Shown: positions 28,548 to 39,281 of the stretch, piece after piece | Layout of the letters: each line of letters begins with the position of its first letter | Position numbering within the stretch: the stretch's first letter is position 1 | Origin: a bacterium | GTDB taxonomy: Bacteria; UBA8248 | Direction of reading: 5' to 3' | NCBI GenBank assembly: GCA_965219955.1 | Contig: OZ244799.1 | Span: 3,296,001-3,360,000, forward strand | DNA: 64,000 bases | Translations under genes and position numbers: made by a program | Notes under the pieces: generated by a model | The model's database searches: none | What the model was told of the DNA's origin: nothing | The model's input: only the letters and a program-made list of their open reading frames with translations

Positions 28548-30419
28548 CTATACGTTCGCACCCCATAGCGCTTCGGCGACATCTTCCAGATCGAGCTCGC
28601 GCAAAAGTTCGGGCTTGGGGCGGCCTGTCTCCCTGTCGTAGCCGGTCGTCTCGTACCAGATATCGAGCATTTTCTCCCATTGATCCATTATCGAGACGCC
28701 CGCGATCGGTCCATCCACCGGCGTGGAACCATACCGCTTGGATGGCTTCTCGACCTCAGGCCCAATGCCGCAGCGCAAGTTGAAGGCGCGCATCAAGGCG
28801 TTGATGCGCCGGCCGGTCTGCATCGCTTCATCCTTGTCCACGTCCCAACCGGTGGCGGCCTGAATCGATCGGCACAAAACGTCCATCGGCGCGCGCGTAG
28901 TGAACACGCACGCCCCCAGGGAATCCTCATACGCGCGTCGGCCCCTGAGGCCGCCCACGTGCTTGGGCACCGCCTCCGCGTCCTGCGGGTGCACGCGCGC
29001 GGGAAGGTCGTAATCCGTCGGGAACACCGGGGGAGCCGTATCCATCGTTCCGCCCGAACCCGTGCAGGTATCGATCATCTCCTCCCAGCGGGAGCGGTGG
29101 TCGTGCCCCCTCGGGGAATTGCCGACTTCCGTGTAAATGGCGCAATCCTGCGCCTCGCCGCCGAGTTTCTCCGCCGCGAGCTTCGTTCCCTCGGCCAGCA
29201 GGTCGCCCATGCCTTCGCGCTTGCAGATCATCTCGAGAAGCTTGTTGGCCCCGTCGATATCGCCCCACTCCAGGCGGAAGCCGAGGTCCTGATCCGTGAT
29301 GTAGCCCTTTTGCTGACACTCCATCACCCAGCCGCAGAGCCAGCCGAACTCGTTCACGTCCACACAGGCGCGATCGAGCTGGGTGTTCATCCAGGTGACC
29401 TGCTGCGGGTCCGTGGCGCCAATCGTCCAGCCCGCGCCCGACCAGCCCTCGTACTCGGGCTCGTCCACCACCTGCCCCTTATAGGGGCCGGAGGAGATGA
29501 CCTGCATGTGGCAATGGTGCATGCCGCACGCGCTGCACTGATGGCCCCGGTGGTCGAAACCCTCGCGCAGGCCGTTGGCCTCCCATTGCTTCGTTTCGAC
29601 TTCCTCGGGCCACACGTTCGTCGTGTAGTTCCGGATCGGGAGCGCGCCCATGCCTTGCAGGTTCCGGACGCCGCCCAAGGTGCCGTAGAGGTACAAACCC
29701 TTGGTGGAGGGATCGGTCTGGAGGCTGTGGGCGATATCGTCCGCCGCGGCGAAGAGCGCCTTGGGATGGGCGGCGGCGACTCCCTTCGTTCCGCGCTCGA
29801 TAGCCACCGCCTTCACCTTCTTCTTGCCCATCACGGCCCCGCAGCCGTTCTTGCTCGCCACGTGGCCGTAATCGCCCTGTATGGCGGAGAAGCGCACGAG
29901 GTTCTCGCCCGCGGGCCCGATGCTGTAGACGCTCAAATTATGGCCGCTCAGATTCAGCGTCTTCTCGAGCGATTGCTGTGTCTCCCAGGTGTCCTGGCCC
30001 AGCAACCCGGAGGCGTCGCGAAGCTCCACCCCGTCATCGCGAATGTGGAGATAGACCCAATCGGGCGATTCTCCCTGAAAGACGATAGCGTCATAACCGC
30101 AATACTTGATGTTCGCGCCGAAGAAACCGTTCGCCTGGGTGTTGGTCGCGCCGTTGGTCATCGCGCCCCGCGTCACCACGGTGAGCCCGCCCGTTCCCCA
30201 GACCGGCAGACCCGCGAGAGGACCCGTAGCCAGAACCAATCGGTTCTCGGGATGATCCCAACCCACGTCGGGCGGCACTTCCTCCCACAGAATCTTGGCG
30301 CCCAGGCCCGCGCCGCCCACCCATTTTCTGCGGTCGGCGGCTTCGAATTTCTCTCCCCAGGTCTTCCCGCTCGAGAGATCGACCCTGAGGATTTCTCCTG
30401 CATATGCGTAATCAGTCAA
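28548..30419 (-). CDS. Aldehyde ferredoxin oxidoreductase (AOR/WOR tungstoenzyme family), catalytic subunit
   Basis: ILRVDLS, IGPAGENLVRFS, GAVMGKKKVKAV, CSAC...C, EPEYE, DSLGACVF. TTG start 30419 after RBS AAGGAGG (ORF extends to 30440). Confidence 0.92.
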   Translation of the reverse strand: MTDYAYAGEILRVDLSSGKTWGEKFEAADRRKWVGGAGLGAKILWEEVPPDVGWDHPENRLVLATGPLAGLPVWGTGGLTVVTRGAMTNGATNTQANGFFGANIKYCGYDAIVFQGESPDWVYLHIRDDGVELRDASGLLGQDTWETQQSLEKTLNLSGHNLSVYSIGPAGENLVRFSAIQGDYGHVASKNGCGAVMGKKKVKAVAIERGTKGVAAAHPKALFAAADDIAHSLQTDPSTKGLYLYGTLGGVRNLQGMGALPIRNYTTNVWPEEVETKQWEANGLREGFDHRGHQCSACGMHHCHMQVISSGPYKGQVVDEPEYEGWSGAGWTIGATDPQQVTWMNTQLDRACVDVNEFGWLCGWVMECQQKGYITDQDLGFRLEWGDIDGANKLLEMICKREGMGDLLAEGTKLAAEKLGGEAQDCAIYTEVGNSPRGHDHRSRWEEMIDTCTGSGGTMDTAPPVFPTDYDLPARVHPQDAEAVPKHVGGLRGRRAYEDSLGACVFTTRAPMDVLCRSIQAATGWDVDKDEAMQTGRRINALMRAFNLRCGIGPEVEKPSKRYGSTPVDGPIAGVSIMDQWEKMLDIWYETTGYDRETGRPKPELLRELDLEDVAEALWGANV

Positions 30420-30436
30420 GACATCGACCTCCTTGT

Positions 30437-31759
30437 TCATGAAGAAATGGCTATTTCATGCGCAGATATCGACGGACGCCCCAAAACGGTTTCCGGCAGC
30501 AAGCCGCCCGCGGCGCCCGAGGCCAGGAATGCACGCTTCACGTCGAATGGATTCTCACGCAAATGCTCTTTCCACTCCGAGATATCCACCCCCGTGTACA
30601 CGAGACCCTTCAACATCCCCACGTCGTTCGTCGTCCAGATTTCCCGGGTCTTCCCCAGGATGATCGCGCCGGTCAGCCTCCCGCCGTGAAACAGGAGCTT
30701 TCTGTAGGCGGGCCGCTCTGACCGCACAGCCTCGAAGACTTCGGCATCCGGGTCGTCCCAGGCGCCGAAGCTCGCGATCTCCATATCGAGCACATCCACG
30801 ATGTTCATGAGCAGGCTGCCCTTGTAGGCGACCTCCTGGCCGGCCATGTTGGCAGCCGCCACGCGGCCATGCTGCATGGCGGTGGGTTCGATGGCGTGTA
30901 CGACCTTCTCGCCGGTGACCGCGTCGGGGCCTTCCGCGATATCTCCCGCCGCGTAGACGTTCGCCACGTTCGTGCGGCAATGCTCGTCCACCAGAATTCC
31001 CTGGTTGGTCTCGAGGCCGCTGCCCGCCACCCAGTCGATGTTGGGCTTGATGCCCGTGGCCATGATGACCAGGTCGACCTCCAGATCGGCGCCTTCCTTG
31101 AACTTGAGGAGTTTCGCATCCCCTTTGTCCTCGATGGAGGTCACTTGCGTCGAGGTTCTCACTTCCACGCCTCGCTCATTGAGCCAATCCTGAACGATTC
31201 CGGCACCCGTATCGTCTATCATGCGCGGCAGTATGCGCGATTCGAGTTCCACGACGGTCAGCTTCACCCCCTGATTCACCAGGGCGTTCAGAATCGTAAA
31301 GGCGATGAATCCCGCGCCGATCATCGCGACGCGGGCGCCCTCGCCCACGCCGGACGCCACGGCGCGCGCCTGGGGAAACGTCCAGAAGCTGTGCACGTTC
31401 TCCCCGTCCGCGCCGGGCACGGGCGCTTTCACAGGGGAGGAACCCGTGGCGATTAGAAGGTTGTCGTATTCAATCTCGTCGCCCCCCTGGAGGATGAGCT
31501 TGCTCGCGGACGTGTCGATTCTCTCGGCGCGCGCGCCGAGCCTCGCGTCCACGTTCAAAGCGGCGAGCTTGGGAGGAGAGGCGATGTAGACGTGTGATTC
31601 TGCGATGTCCCGCGCCAGGTAATAGGGCAGCACCATCCGCGAATACGGGGTCTCGTCCGCGACGAGGACGATCTCGGAATCTCCTTGATCCAGTTCCCTG
31701 AGTGTAGTGATGGCGTTCCAGCCGGCGGTACCGCCGCCCACGATGACGTGTCTGGCCAT
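30437..31759 (-). CDS. FAD/NAD(P)-dependent oxidoreductase (AorC-like subunit)
   Basis: VIVGGGTAG, LLIATGS, IGAGFIA, VYAAGDIAE motifs. Confidence 0.9.
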   Translation of the reverse strand: MARHVIVGGGTAGWNAITTLRELDQGDSEIVLVADETPYSRMVLPYYLARDIAESHVYIASPPKLAALNVDARLGARAERIDTSASKLILQGGDEIEYDNLLIATGSSPVKAPVPGADGENVHSFWTFPQARAVASGVGEGARVAMIGAGFIAFTILNALVNQGVKLTVVELESRILPRMIDDTGAGIVQDWLNERGVEVRTSTQVTSIEDKGDAKLLKFKEGADLEVDLVIMATGIKPNIDWVAGSGLETNQGILVDEHCRTNVANVYAAGDIAEGPDAVTGEKVVHAIEPTAMQHGRVAAANMAGQEVAYKGSLLMNIVDVLDMEIASFGAWDDPDAEVFEAVRSERPAYRKLLFHGGRLTGAIILGKTREIWTTNDVGMLKGLVYTGVDISEWKEHLRENPFDVKRAFLASGAAGGLLPETVLGRPSISAHEIAISS

Positions 31760-31761
31760 GA

Positions 31762-32241
31762 TCAGAGCACCCCCGCAAGCGGTCCGGCGGGCGATTTCGC
31801 CCGCTCCGCGGCAAAGGGCCCGACCCAGTCGGTCTTATCGGCCTCCTCAAAAACGATCGCGTCGGTGGGGCACACGGACGCGCATGCTGGATTCCCGCCG
31901 CACAAGTCGCACTTGAACGCCTTGTGGGTGTCGATGTCGTAGAACATCGTTCCATAGGGACAGGCAATCGTGCAGAGCTTGCAGCCCACGCAAATGTCAT
32001 CCGCCACGTCCTTCGCCCCGGCCGGCGAGATGCCGATCGCCTCGACCGGACACGCCGTCAGGCACCATGCCTCGTCACACTGAGGACAGGTATAAGGCGC
32101 ATAGCTCGTATGACCTTCGAAAGCAGAAACCCGGATGACCGCCTTCGAGGGCTGAAACGTCCCCGTCTGCTCGTATGAGCACGCGAGTTCGCAACGCATG
32201 CAGCCGGTACACTTCTCGGGAATGATCTTGAGTATTTTCAT
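31762..32241 (-). CDS. 4Fe-4S polyferredoxin (AorA-like subunit)
   Basis: CTGCMRCELAC, CPQC..WC..ACP, CVGCKLCTIACP, CDLC...CASVCP. Confidence 0.92.
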   Translation of the reverse strand: MKILKIIPEKCTGCMRCELACSYEQTGTFQPSKAVIRVSAFEGHTSYAPYTCPQCDEAWCLTACPVEAIGISPAGAKDVADDICVGCKLCTIACPYGTMFYDIDTHKAFKCDLCGGNPACASVCPTDAIVFEEADKTDWVGPFAAERAKSPAGPLAGVL

Positions 32242-32400
32242 CGCACCCCCACGATTTTTTGGTAGGGTTCCCCGCATCGCATCTCACGAATTTTTATGCG
32301 GAAAACACATCTTTGAAATGATGAAGACGCGCGCATTCTCGCAGAGACGCACGACCCCGGTCAAACGAAAATCCCGATTTTTGAGCGCGCGCATGGAGCA

Positions 32401-33282
32401 TCAACCACCCGAGGTCACCAGAGCGGCTCCCGCCACGACGATGAGCGTTCCCACCACCAGACGCTTCGTGATGACTTCCAGGTCGCGAAGCAGCACCACC
32501 GACAGCAAAAGAACGAAAATCGGGGTCATGCGAACGAGCGGGGAAATCACCGCGAGTTGCCCGTCGCGCAGCGAGGTCCAGAACAGCACGGCGGAGAAGA
32601 GCCCAAACACACCCGCCGGAATGCAAGCTACCGCGATCTGTACGTTCCACTGAAATTTCTGGGCTTTCGATGCGAAGGACGAGGAAGCCAACAAACCCAC
32701 GTTGGCTATCAGCGTGGCCACCAGAATTCCCAGCCAGGGCGCATTCATGGCGGCCAGCCCGGCTTTTCGAAGATAGGGCGTAACGCTGAAAGCCGCCATC
32801 GCGATGAAAGCGAAGGTGTAGCGCTTCAGCGAATACTCTCCCGTTATCCGCTCGCCGGTGAGCCAGATCATCCCGATGACGATGAGCAAGATTCCCAGCC
32901 AGACGCCGGAGTCGGGACGCTCGCCCAGAATCAGCACGCCCATCAGCGCCGAGCCGATGGGGGTCGCCGCCACGAGCGCGCTCGTCCTGCTCACACCGAC
33001 GTACGCACTCGAGCGAAGGGCGCTGTAGCGCGCTACGAGATTCCCCACCAGGCCCGTGAAGAGAAACAAGATGAGAGCCGCCACCCAATCGCCTTCATAG
33101 ATATCGAACGATGGCGAGAAAAAGACGGCGAGGACCGCCATCCACCCGTTCACCCAAAAAATAATGGTGATCGCCGAGGCGCGCTCGAGCAGTCTGCGAA
33201 CGAGTATTTGATTGCATGCGAACAAAAAAGCGCCCAGCAAAGCACGAAACTCGGGCGGCGCCTCCACAATCAAATTTCCCAT
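32401..33282 (-). CDS. DMT/EamA-family transporter
   Basis: About 10 hydrophobic helices; ILGERP; ISPLVRMTPIF. Confidence 0.85.
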   Translation of the reverse strand: MGNLIVEAPPEFRALLGAFLFACNQILVRRLLERASAITIIFWVNGWMAVLAVFFSPSFDIYEGDWVAALILFLFTGLVGNLVARYSALRSSAYVGVSRTSALVAATPIGSALMGVLILGERPDSGVWLGILLIVIGMIWLTGERITGEYSLKRYTFAFIAMAAFSVTPYLRKAGLAAMNAPWLGILVATLIANVGLLASSSFASKAQKFQWNVQIAVACIPAGVFGLFSAVLFWTSLRDGQLAVISPLVRMTPIFVLLLSVVLLRDLEVITKRLVVGTLIVVAGAALVTSGG

Positions 33283-33336
33283 TTCACTCCTCAAGAACCA
33301 CCACAAAAGCGCGGCCTACCCAAAATGAATGAGCAC

Positions 33337-34221
33337 CTATCTGCCCAGTACGATCAGAACGGCGCCCTCCACGGCAAGCAGCCCCCCGGCGATCACCCGC
33401 AAATTGATGCGCTCGAGCCTTTGATAAAAGACCCAGGAAAAGAAGATCAAGAATAAAATGGAGAGCCGATTTATCGGGATCACCTCTATGAGCTTTCCGT
33501 TCTTGATGGCGAGCCAAAAGCAGTACGCCGAAATAATGTTGAAAATCCCTCCGATGAGAACCAAATACAGGCTCTTTTTATTCCATGTTTTGGGGTTGAG
33601 TTCATGATTTTCCACAAAAGGGATGGAGCCGAGCTGGAGAAGCGCGCCCGCGAGCGCCGTGGTGGCGATGCCGAAAGCGGGTGAGGGAATCGTCTGAAAC
33701 GCGAGCTTCCGCAAGGGCGGGGCGAAGGAGAAGAAAAAGGCCGCGAGAATCGGAAGGAGATAATATAAAAAGGGCGCGCGCTTGCCGCCCGCCCCTCTCT
33801 CCTGAACAAGGAGTATCGCCCCCAACACGATGGCGAAAGTACCCAGGGCGATCGGGAAATTGATCGTCTCGCCGAAAAGGAGCATGGCCAGCAAAGCGCT
33901 CCATATGGGATGGACTTGCAGGAAAATCTGGGAACGCGCCATTCCGATGAGCGTCGCCGAGATGAAGTTCAGGTTTCTCGACAGGAAATGCGAGCAAAGC
34001 CCCGCCAGAACGAACCAGAAAATCCCCGCCAAAGGCCATTTTTCGAGACCCGCACCCAGTATGTATATGGTCGAAGCGTAAGTTACCAGCGTTAAATTGG
34101 TCACAAAGGTGATCGCCTTCGGTCCTATCCACTGCAGGGCGCCTCGATAGATGGTTTGCGTGACCGCCAAAAAGACAGCGGACAAAAAAGACAGAAAAAT
34201 CGGAGGGAGTGACTCGATCAA
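33337..34221 (-). CDS. DMT/EamA-family transporter
   Basis: About 10 TM segments; HPIWSALLAMLLFGE; VIPINRLS. Start inferred at TTG 34221. Confidence 0.8.
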   Translation of the reverse strand: MIESLPPIFLSFLSAVFLAVTQTIYRGALQWIGPKAITFVTNLTLVTYASTIYILGAGLEKWPLAGIFWFVLAGLCSHFLSRNLNFISATLIGMARSQIFLQVHPIWSALLAMLLFGETINFPIALGTFAIVLGAILLVQERGAGGKRAPFLYYLLPILAAFFFSFAPPLRKLAFQTIPSPAFGIATTALAGALLQLGSIPFVENHELNPKTWNKKSLYLVLIGGIFNIISAYCFWLAIKNGKLIEVIPINRLSILFLIFFSWVFYQRLERINLRVIAGGLLAVEGAVLIVLGR

Positions 34222-34367
34222 AGGCGATCCAAGAGACAGAGAGATGTTACGAAGCGATAGATTCTCATTATGACACGAGAAGTCTCCGCCTGAAATCAGC
34301 GAGACAAAGCAAAACCGGGTGCCGCGTGATATATTTTCAACTCCGCTTCCATCTGAGGATGTTAAAC

Positions 34368-35042
34368 ATGTCTCTTGACGCTTCAAGACCCGCTGCGGAG
34401 ATTTTTCCCGAATACGCTCTACTGCCTGAAATGTACGCCCGGGAAGTGGAGGGTCTCACCGGGGAGCAACTCGATAAAAAACAACCCGGGAAAAGCTGGG
34501 GCCTGTGGTCGATCCGCGAGCAGGTCAGCCACATGGGATATGTGAATTACAGGTGGTTTTTGCAGGTCTGGGGGAAATCCCTGTTTGGAGAAAACTTGCC
34601 GAAGCCGAAATCCCTATACGACACGGGTGGCGCGGATCGACTCCTCGATCCCGAAAGATTCCACGAGATGGACGATCTGCTCGCCGCTTATGAAGACGGC
34701 TGCCGGCTGGCTCTGGATATCCTCAAAAACGAAACCAGAGAATCCCTGCGGGAAAAAACCAAAATCAGAGAAGTTCCCCGAAACTACGAATGGCCCTCTG
34801 GCGATCGGTATATCGACTGGATTGAAAACGTGGTCCTCAAAATCCACCCCGACGGTTTTTGGCGAGACGAGAAGAAAGACAACGTCTTCCACTACAACCT
34901 GGAGTGGACTTTTCGCCATGTGCTCTGGGAGGGATACGCCCACCTCAAAACCATCCAGGCGCACAAGCAGGCGCAGGGAATCGAGGCGAAGACAGCGCTG
35001 GATGAGGGCGTGGGCTACCTCGCCGCGCTCACCTGGGAGTGA
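34368..35042 (+). CDS. DinB-superfamily protein
   Basis: WSIREQVSHM and HVLWEGYAHL helices typical of DinB/YfiT folds; start ATG 34368. Confidence 0.7.
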   Translation: MSLDASRPAAEIFPEYALLPEMYAREVEGLTGEQLDKKQPGKSWGLWSIREQVSHMGYVNYRWFLQVWGKSLFGENLPKPKSLYDTGGADRLLDPERFHEMDDLLAAYEDGCRLALDILKNETRESLREKTKIREVPRNYEWPSGDRYIDWIENVVLKIHPDGFWRDEKKDNVFHYNLEWTFRHVLWEGYAHLKTIQAHKQAQGIEAKTALDEGVGYLAALTWE

Positions 35043-35571
35043 GCATCCGTTGCACCAGGCTCTCGGGCGCGTCGTCGACCGAGAAGGAATCCAGGATTTT
35101 CCCCGAGATGAAACCTTCTTCGTTCATGTGGCGGAAAAAAACCAGCAAAGGATCGTAATAGCCACGGACGTTGAGCAGGCCGACGGGCTTGTCGTGATAC
35201 CCGAGTTGAAGCCAGGTGATCATCTCCATGGTCTCCTCCAGCGTGCCGAGTCCGCCCGGCAGTACGATGAAGCCATCGGACAATTCCGCCATCAGCGCTT
35301 TTCTCTCGTGCATCGTGCGCACGACGCGAAGTTCGGTGATCCCCTCATGGGCGACTTCCATGTCCATCAACTTATCGGGAATCACGCCGGTAATCTCGCC
35401 TCCGTTCTCGAGCACGGCGTCGGCCAGAACGCCCATGAGTCCGATTCCCCCCGCGCCATACACCACGCCGATTCCACGCGCGCCCAAGGCATGTCCCAAA
35501 GCTTGCGCCGCTTCCCGGTATTCAGGCCGAACCCCTTTTGATGAACCCGCGAAAACACATATTCGTTTCAA
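35029..35571 (-). CDS. LOG-family nucleotide phosphoribohydrolase (TIGR00730-type)
   Basis: ICVFAGS, YGAGGIGLMG, MHERK, PGGLGTLEE. Confidence 0.92.
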   Translation of the reverse strand: MKRICVFAGSSKGVRPEYREAAQALGHALGARGIGVVYGAGGIGLMGVLADAVLENGGEITGVIPDKLMDMEVAHEGITELRVVRTMHERKALMAELSDGFIVLPGGLGTLEETMEMITWLQLGYHDKPVGLLNVRGYYDPLLVFFRHMNEEGFISGKILDSFSVDDAPESLVQRMLTPR

Positions 35572-35697
35572 GGAAATTTCCTCCCCGCCAGGGCGGCGCC
35601 CAGGCAGGGGTCGACATCCTCTGGCTCTTGCTTTTCACTGTGACTTACTACTTCCATTGACGCCACCCATCATACTACCGCTACACTCAACTTCGCC

Positions 35698-36426
35698 ATG
35701 AAAATTCTGATATGGAACATCATGCACGGAGGCGGACGCCGGGTACCCGCCATCGTAGAATACATTCGTAGCGGAAGGCCTGACCTCCTCGTATTGAATG
35801 AGTTTCGCGGCACACCTCCCAGCCGTGAGCTCGCCTCCCGCATCGAAGAGTCGGGACTGCCCCACCAACTGAGCACGACACCCGAAAACCGACCAGTTAA
35901 AAACGCCTTGCTCCTCGCCTCGCGCTGGCCGCTCAGGCGCATCCACTGGAGAAGATCGCCCGAACCGGAAGAGCGCCGCCTGCTCGTTCATGTTCGCGCA
36001 CCCACGCCCGTCACCATTTGCGGCGTACACGTGCCCAACCGCGTAAGCGGAATCAAATATCCCTTCCTGGATGCGCTTCGCGATTTGGCGCTCCGCTGGC
36101 GCGGTGGCGGGGCGATTGTGGCGGGTGATTTCAACACCGGGCGAATCGGCGAGGATGAAACGGTGAAATGCTTCAACCGGCGCGAAGACGATTTCATGAC
36201 CACCATGTCGAAGGCAGGCTGGGCGGATGCCTATCGCAGCGTCCACGGCCAAAAACGCGCCTATACCTGGCGTGCGCCCGGCGGTGGAGGGGGCTTCCGC
36301 CTGGATCACGCGTTCATCAATCGCCGCGCGCAAGGCAGGCTGCTCGACGCGCGCATCGACTGGCCGCCGGGCAATCCGAGGCCGCCGAGCGATCACGCCG
36401 CTTTGTGGATCACGTTGAAAGATTGA
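35698..36426 (+). CDS. Endonuclease/exonuclease/phosphatase (ExoIII-like) family protein
   Basis: IWNI, LVLNE, VAGDFN, YTW, FRLDHAF, SDHA. Confidence 0.88.
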   Translation: MKILIWNIMHGGGRRVPAIVEYIRSGRPDLLVLNEFRGTPPSRELASRIEESGLPHQLSTTPENRPVKNALLLASRWPLRRIHWRRSPEPEERRLLVHVRAPTPVTICGVHVPNRVSGIKYPFLDALRDLALRWRGGGAIVAGDFNTGRIGEDETVKCFNRREDDFMTTMSKAGWADAYRSVHGQKRAYTWRAPGGGGGFRLDHAFINRRAQGRLLDARIDWPPGNPRPPSDHAALWITLKD

Positions 36427-36479
36427 TTCTGGTTGTAGTAGATGAAGGCTACTCTTTTGAACGGACGGGAGAAAAAACC

Positions 36480-37658
36480 GTGAGCAGACCCCTTGAGGGC
36501 GTCAAAGTATTGGACCTGACCCGTCTCGTCTCGGGCGGGATGTACGGCATGCAACTGGCCGACGCCGGCGCCGACGTGGTCAAGGTCGAAGTCCCGGGCC
36601 ACGGCGATACGCTGCGGGCGTGGAACCCGTACTGGTGGAAGGTCTACGGCCGGGGGAAGCGCTCCATCACGGTGAACCTCGCCACATCGCGAGGGCAGGA
36701 ACTTCTCCGAAAACTGGCGGCCGAGGCGGACGTTCTCGCCGAGAATTTTTTCGTCGGCAAACTCGAAAGTTGGGGCCTCGGGCCGGACGAGTTGTGGAAA
36801 GTGAACCCGAGACTCGTCATCGTCCGGATATCCGGATGGGGGCAGGACGGCCCTTACCGCGACAGGCCCGGCTTCGGCACCCTGGTGGAGGCGATGTCAG
36901 GCTTCGCCGACATGAACGGGTTTCCCGATTCCCCTCCCCTCGCTCCTCCCCAGCCGCTGGCGGATATGACGGCCGCGCTACAGGGCGTCGCCTCCACCAT
37001 GTTCGCGCTCTACCACCGCGACGCCCTGGGGGGCGGCAAGGGGCAGGTTATCGATCTGGCGCTTTACGAGCCGCTCTTCACGATGCTGGGCCCACAGGCG
37101 GCCCGCTATCTCATCGAAGGGGAAAAGCGGCCTCGCCTGGGCAACCGCTCCGAAAACTCCGCACCCAGAAACATCTATCCCACGAACGACGGGAAGTGGA
37201 TCGCAATATCCGCTTCCACCCAGCCGATGTATGAGCGCCTCGCCCGCGCCCTGGGACGCGAAGACATCATCACCGACGAGCGGTTCTTGAACAACGAGAC
37301 GCGCGTCGTGAACCAGGATGCGCTCGACAAAATCGTGGCCGACGCAATCGAAAAACTCAGCTGCGACGAAAATATGGATAGATTCAACGCGGGCGGCGTC
37401 ACGGCGAGCCCGGTCTACGACATCGAAGACATCCTCTCGGACCCCCATTTTCAGGCAAGAAACCTGGTTCGCCACGTGCCTGACGCGGATTTCGGGGCCG
37501 TGCCCATGCAAGGCGCTTTTCCGGGAATGTCGGAGACGCCCCTCGACATCGCCTGGACGGGACCTGCCCTGGGGGAACACACCGAAAAAATACTCGGCGA
37601 ATGGCTGGGCATGACGCCCCCGGAAATCGAGCGCTTGCGAAACGAAGAAGTGCTGTAA
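36480..37658 (+). CDS. CoA transferase family III (CaiB/BaiF)
   Basis: PLEGVKVLDL, LADAGADVVKVE, RGKRSITVNL, ISGWGQDGPY, GEHTEKIL; GTG start 36480. Confidence 0.92.
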   Translation: MSRPLEGVKVLDLTRLVSGGMYGMQLADAGADVVKVEVPGHGDTLRAWNPYWWKVYGRGKRSITVNLATSRGQELLRKLAAEADVLAENFFVGKLESWGLGPDELWKVNPRLVIVRISGWGQDGPYRDRPGFGTLVEAMSGFADMNGFPDSPPLAPPQPLADMTAALQGVASTMFALYHRDALGGGKGQVIDLALYEPLFTMLGPQAARYLIEGEKRPRLGNRSENSAPRNIYPTNDGKWIAISASTQPMYERLARALGREDIITDERFLNNETRVVNQDALDKIVADAIEKLSCDENMDRFNAGGVTASPVYDIEDILSDPHFQARNLVRHVPDADFGAVPMQGAFPGMSETPLDIAWTGPALGEHTEKILGEWLGMTPPEIERLRNEEVL

Positions 37659-37661
37659 CCG

Positions 37662-38504
37662 TTACCCCCTGGAAAACAGAACCACGGACGCCGCGGCGAA
37701 TGCGACTCCCACACCTTTTCGCAGCGTTAATCTTTCTTTCAAGAAGATGATGGCGAGCACCCCGGTCAACACGAAACTCAACTGGGCGATGGGCGCCACG
37801 ACGACCGCCTCGCCGTAGGTGAACCCCACGGCGATGGCCACATAGCTCGAAGAGGTGAGCACCCCGCACACGAAGGGGAGCCAGAGCGGCACGCCGCGCC
37901 TGGGCAGCGGGTCTTTTTGAATGAGCACGTAGGGCACGGCCATGCAGAAAACGCCCACGCTTTGCATGGCCGTCATCATGGCGGGTTTGGCCCCCATCCC
38001 GAGTCCCAGTTTGTAGAAAAGCCCGATGACGCCGAACATGCACATGGCGCCGACCGCCAGGCCGACGGAGCGCTTATCCCCGACGGACGCCGCCGCGACG
38101 CTCCCGCCCGCCGTCACGGCGAGAGCCGCAAGAACCAGGGCGAAGCCTTTGATAAGGTTTACATTTTCGCCGAGAAAGAAAATCGTGAGGGCGGCCGTGA
38201 CCGCGAAGTTCAGGCGGACGATCGGCACGAGCGCCACCGCCTCGCCCCGCTTCAAGGCGAGCAGAACGAATAAAAACGCGGTGAACGCCAGAATCCCGTT
38301 GATGAACCCAAAGGCGAGGCCCGGATTCCAGAGCAACTCCTCGCGATACCAGGCCAGGCCGAACGCGTTGGGCAGATACGCCATGTTCTGCAGGAACATG
38401 AAGGGCCCGCTGCGCATATCCCACTGCTGGCCCCATTTGTAGAGAAAGTCATTGACGCCGAGAAAACACAACGACATGAGCGCGAAGACGACTTCGGGCG
38501 GCAT
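37662..38504 (-). CDS. DMT/EamA-family transporter
   Basis: Two EamA repeats (ALKRGEAVALVPI; GEAVVVAPIAQLS..FLKERL). Confidence 0.85.
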   Translation of the reverse strand: MPPEVVFALMSLCFLGVNDFLYKWGQQWDMRSGPFMFLQNMAYLPNAFGLAWYREELLWNPGLAFGFINGILAFTAFLFVLLALKRGEAVALVPIVRLNFAVTAALTIFFLGENVNLIKGFALVLAALAVTAGGSVAAASVGDKRSVGLAVGAMCMFGVIGLFYKLGLGMGAKPAMMTAMQSVGVFCMAVPYVLIQKDPLPRRGVPLWLPFVCGVLTSSSYVAIAVGFTYGEAVVVAPIAQLSFVLTGVLAIIFLKERLTLRKGVGVAFAAASVVLFSRG

Positions 38505-38816
38505 ACGCGACTCCCCGGCGCGGACGTCCCTGCTCGCCACGCATACCGCTTGGCTGATGGGGGGATGAAAGCGCCCTCAATTCAGGGAAGCTTCAAGGGG
38601 CAGGCTTCAAAAACCGAAAAAAATGATACGGCCCCCACCCCGCCGTGTCAACGGAATGCATGGCGGCGAACACCTCCATTTTCCCCATTCCGACCGGCCT
38701 GGCGTAACCCCCTGCGTTCAAAACATGCTATCTTAGAGTCGATAAGCCAGATAAAACCGTTACAATCCAAAAAACTGTGTGTTTTTCTTTCATCTTTCAA
38801 CTTGGGAGCCGAAGGG

Positions 38817-39281
38817 TTGGGTCGTGAATATCCGCTTCGCCCGATTGTCGGCGTGGGGGCCATCATCATCGAGGACGAAAACGTCCTCATCGTCCGCAGG
38901 GGGCAGCCTCCCAAGATGGGCGCCTGGAGCATTCCGGGCGGAGGCGTTGACCTGGGTGAAGACCTCGAGCAAGCCTGTATGCGAGAGGTCAGGGAAGAGA
39001 CGGGCCTGGACGTGGAGATTCTCTCCGAGGGCCGGGTTTTGAACCGCGTCACCCGGGACGAATGGGAGCGGGTGCAATTTCATTACGTGCTCATCGATTT
39101 CGTGTGCCGGCCCACCGGGGGCGTGCTTCAGGCGGCGAGCGATATATCGGAAGCCAGGTGGGTGCCGTTGAGCGAAGTGTCTTCTTTAAGTCCGATGACG
39201 AGTGGAACGGCGGAATTCATACTGGAATCGGTCGCCGCGCTCAACCAGTCATCTCGCTGGAAATATCGAGAAATCACTTGA
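38817..39281 (+). CDS. NUDIX hydrolase
   Basis: WSIPGGGVDLGEDLEQACMREVREETGL Nudix box; TTG start inferred. Confidence 0.9.
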   Translation: MGREYPLRPIVGVGAIIIEDENVLIVRRGQPPKMGAWSIPGGGVDLGEDLEQACMREVREETGLDVEILSEGRVLNRVTRDEWERVQFHYVLIDFVCRPTGGVLQAASDISEARWVPLSEVSSLSPMTSGTAEFILESVAALNQSSRWKYREIT

